The notes under the pieces: generated by a model | The model's database searches: none | What the model saw: only the letters and a program-made list of their open reading frames with translations | What the model was told of the DNA's origin: nothing | Shown here: piece after piece, positions 63,996 through 64,000 of the stretch | Position numbering within the stretch: the stretch's first letter is position 1 | Layout: each line of letters opens with the position of its first letter | Translations under genes and position numbers: made by a program | Assembly: GCA_024679065.1 (NCBI GenBank) | Contig: JAGIQG010000014.1 | Location: 7,502,001 to 7,566,000 of the forward strand | Length of the DNA: 64,000 nt | Source: Sphyrna mokarran | Lineage: Eukaryota | Direction of reading: 5' to 3'

Positions 63996-64000
63996 AATGC

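Overview
Eukaryotic genomic DNA, almost certainly from a cartilaginous fish (shark), judged by HE1-type and SacSINE1/DeuSINE-type SINEs and shark-type CR1, RTE, Rex1 and Penelope repeats. The only intact genes are four paralogous two-exon class A GPCRs of the GPR139/GPR142-like family: three on the minus strand (17840->14480, 33160->29775, 61012->59892) and one on the plus strand (37069->41031). Each has a 67-70 nt first coding exon and a phase-1 intron inside TM1, which the ORF track misses. The first two genes lie in a large tandem segmental duplication (1..~19780 vs 20466..~35040) that ends at a 100-N assembly gap. The rest is decayed retroelements, a solo LTR with an intact target-site duplication, a degenerate 19-bp satellite and microsatellites. 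The most interesting signal is that the receptor promoters carry a TATA box, Olf/EBF-type and TAATTG/TAATGA homeodomain motifs, and an identical 11-bp AAGTTGCGTCA element in two distant paralogues. In addition, the two recent duplicates differ mainly on the extracellular side. Together these suggest an uncharacterised chemosensory-type receptor repertoire; this is inference, not demonstrated. All percent identities were estimated by eye.
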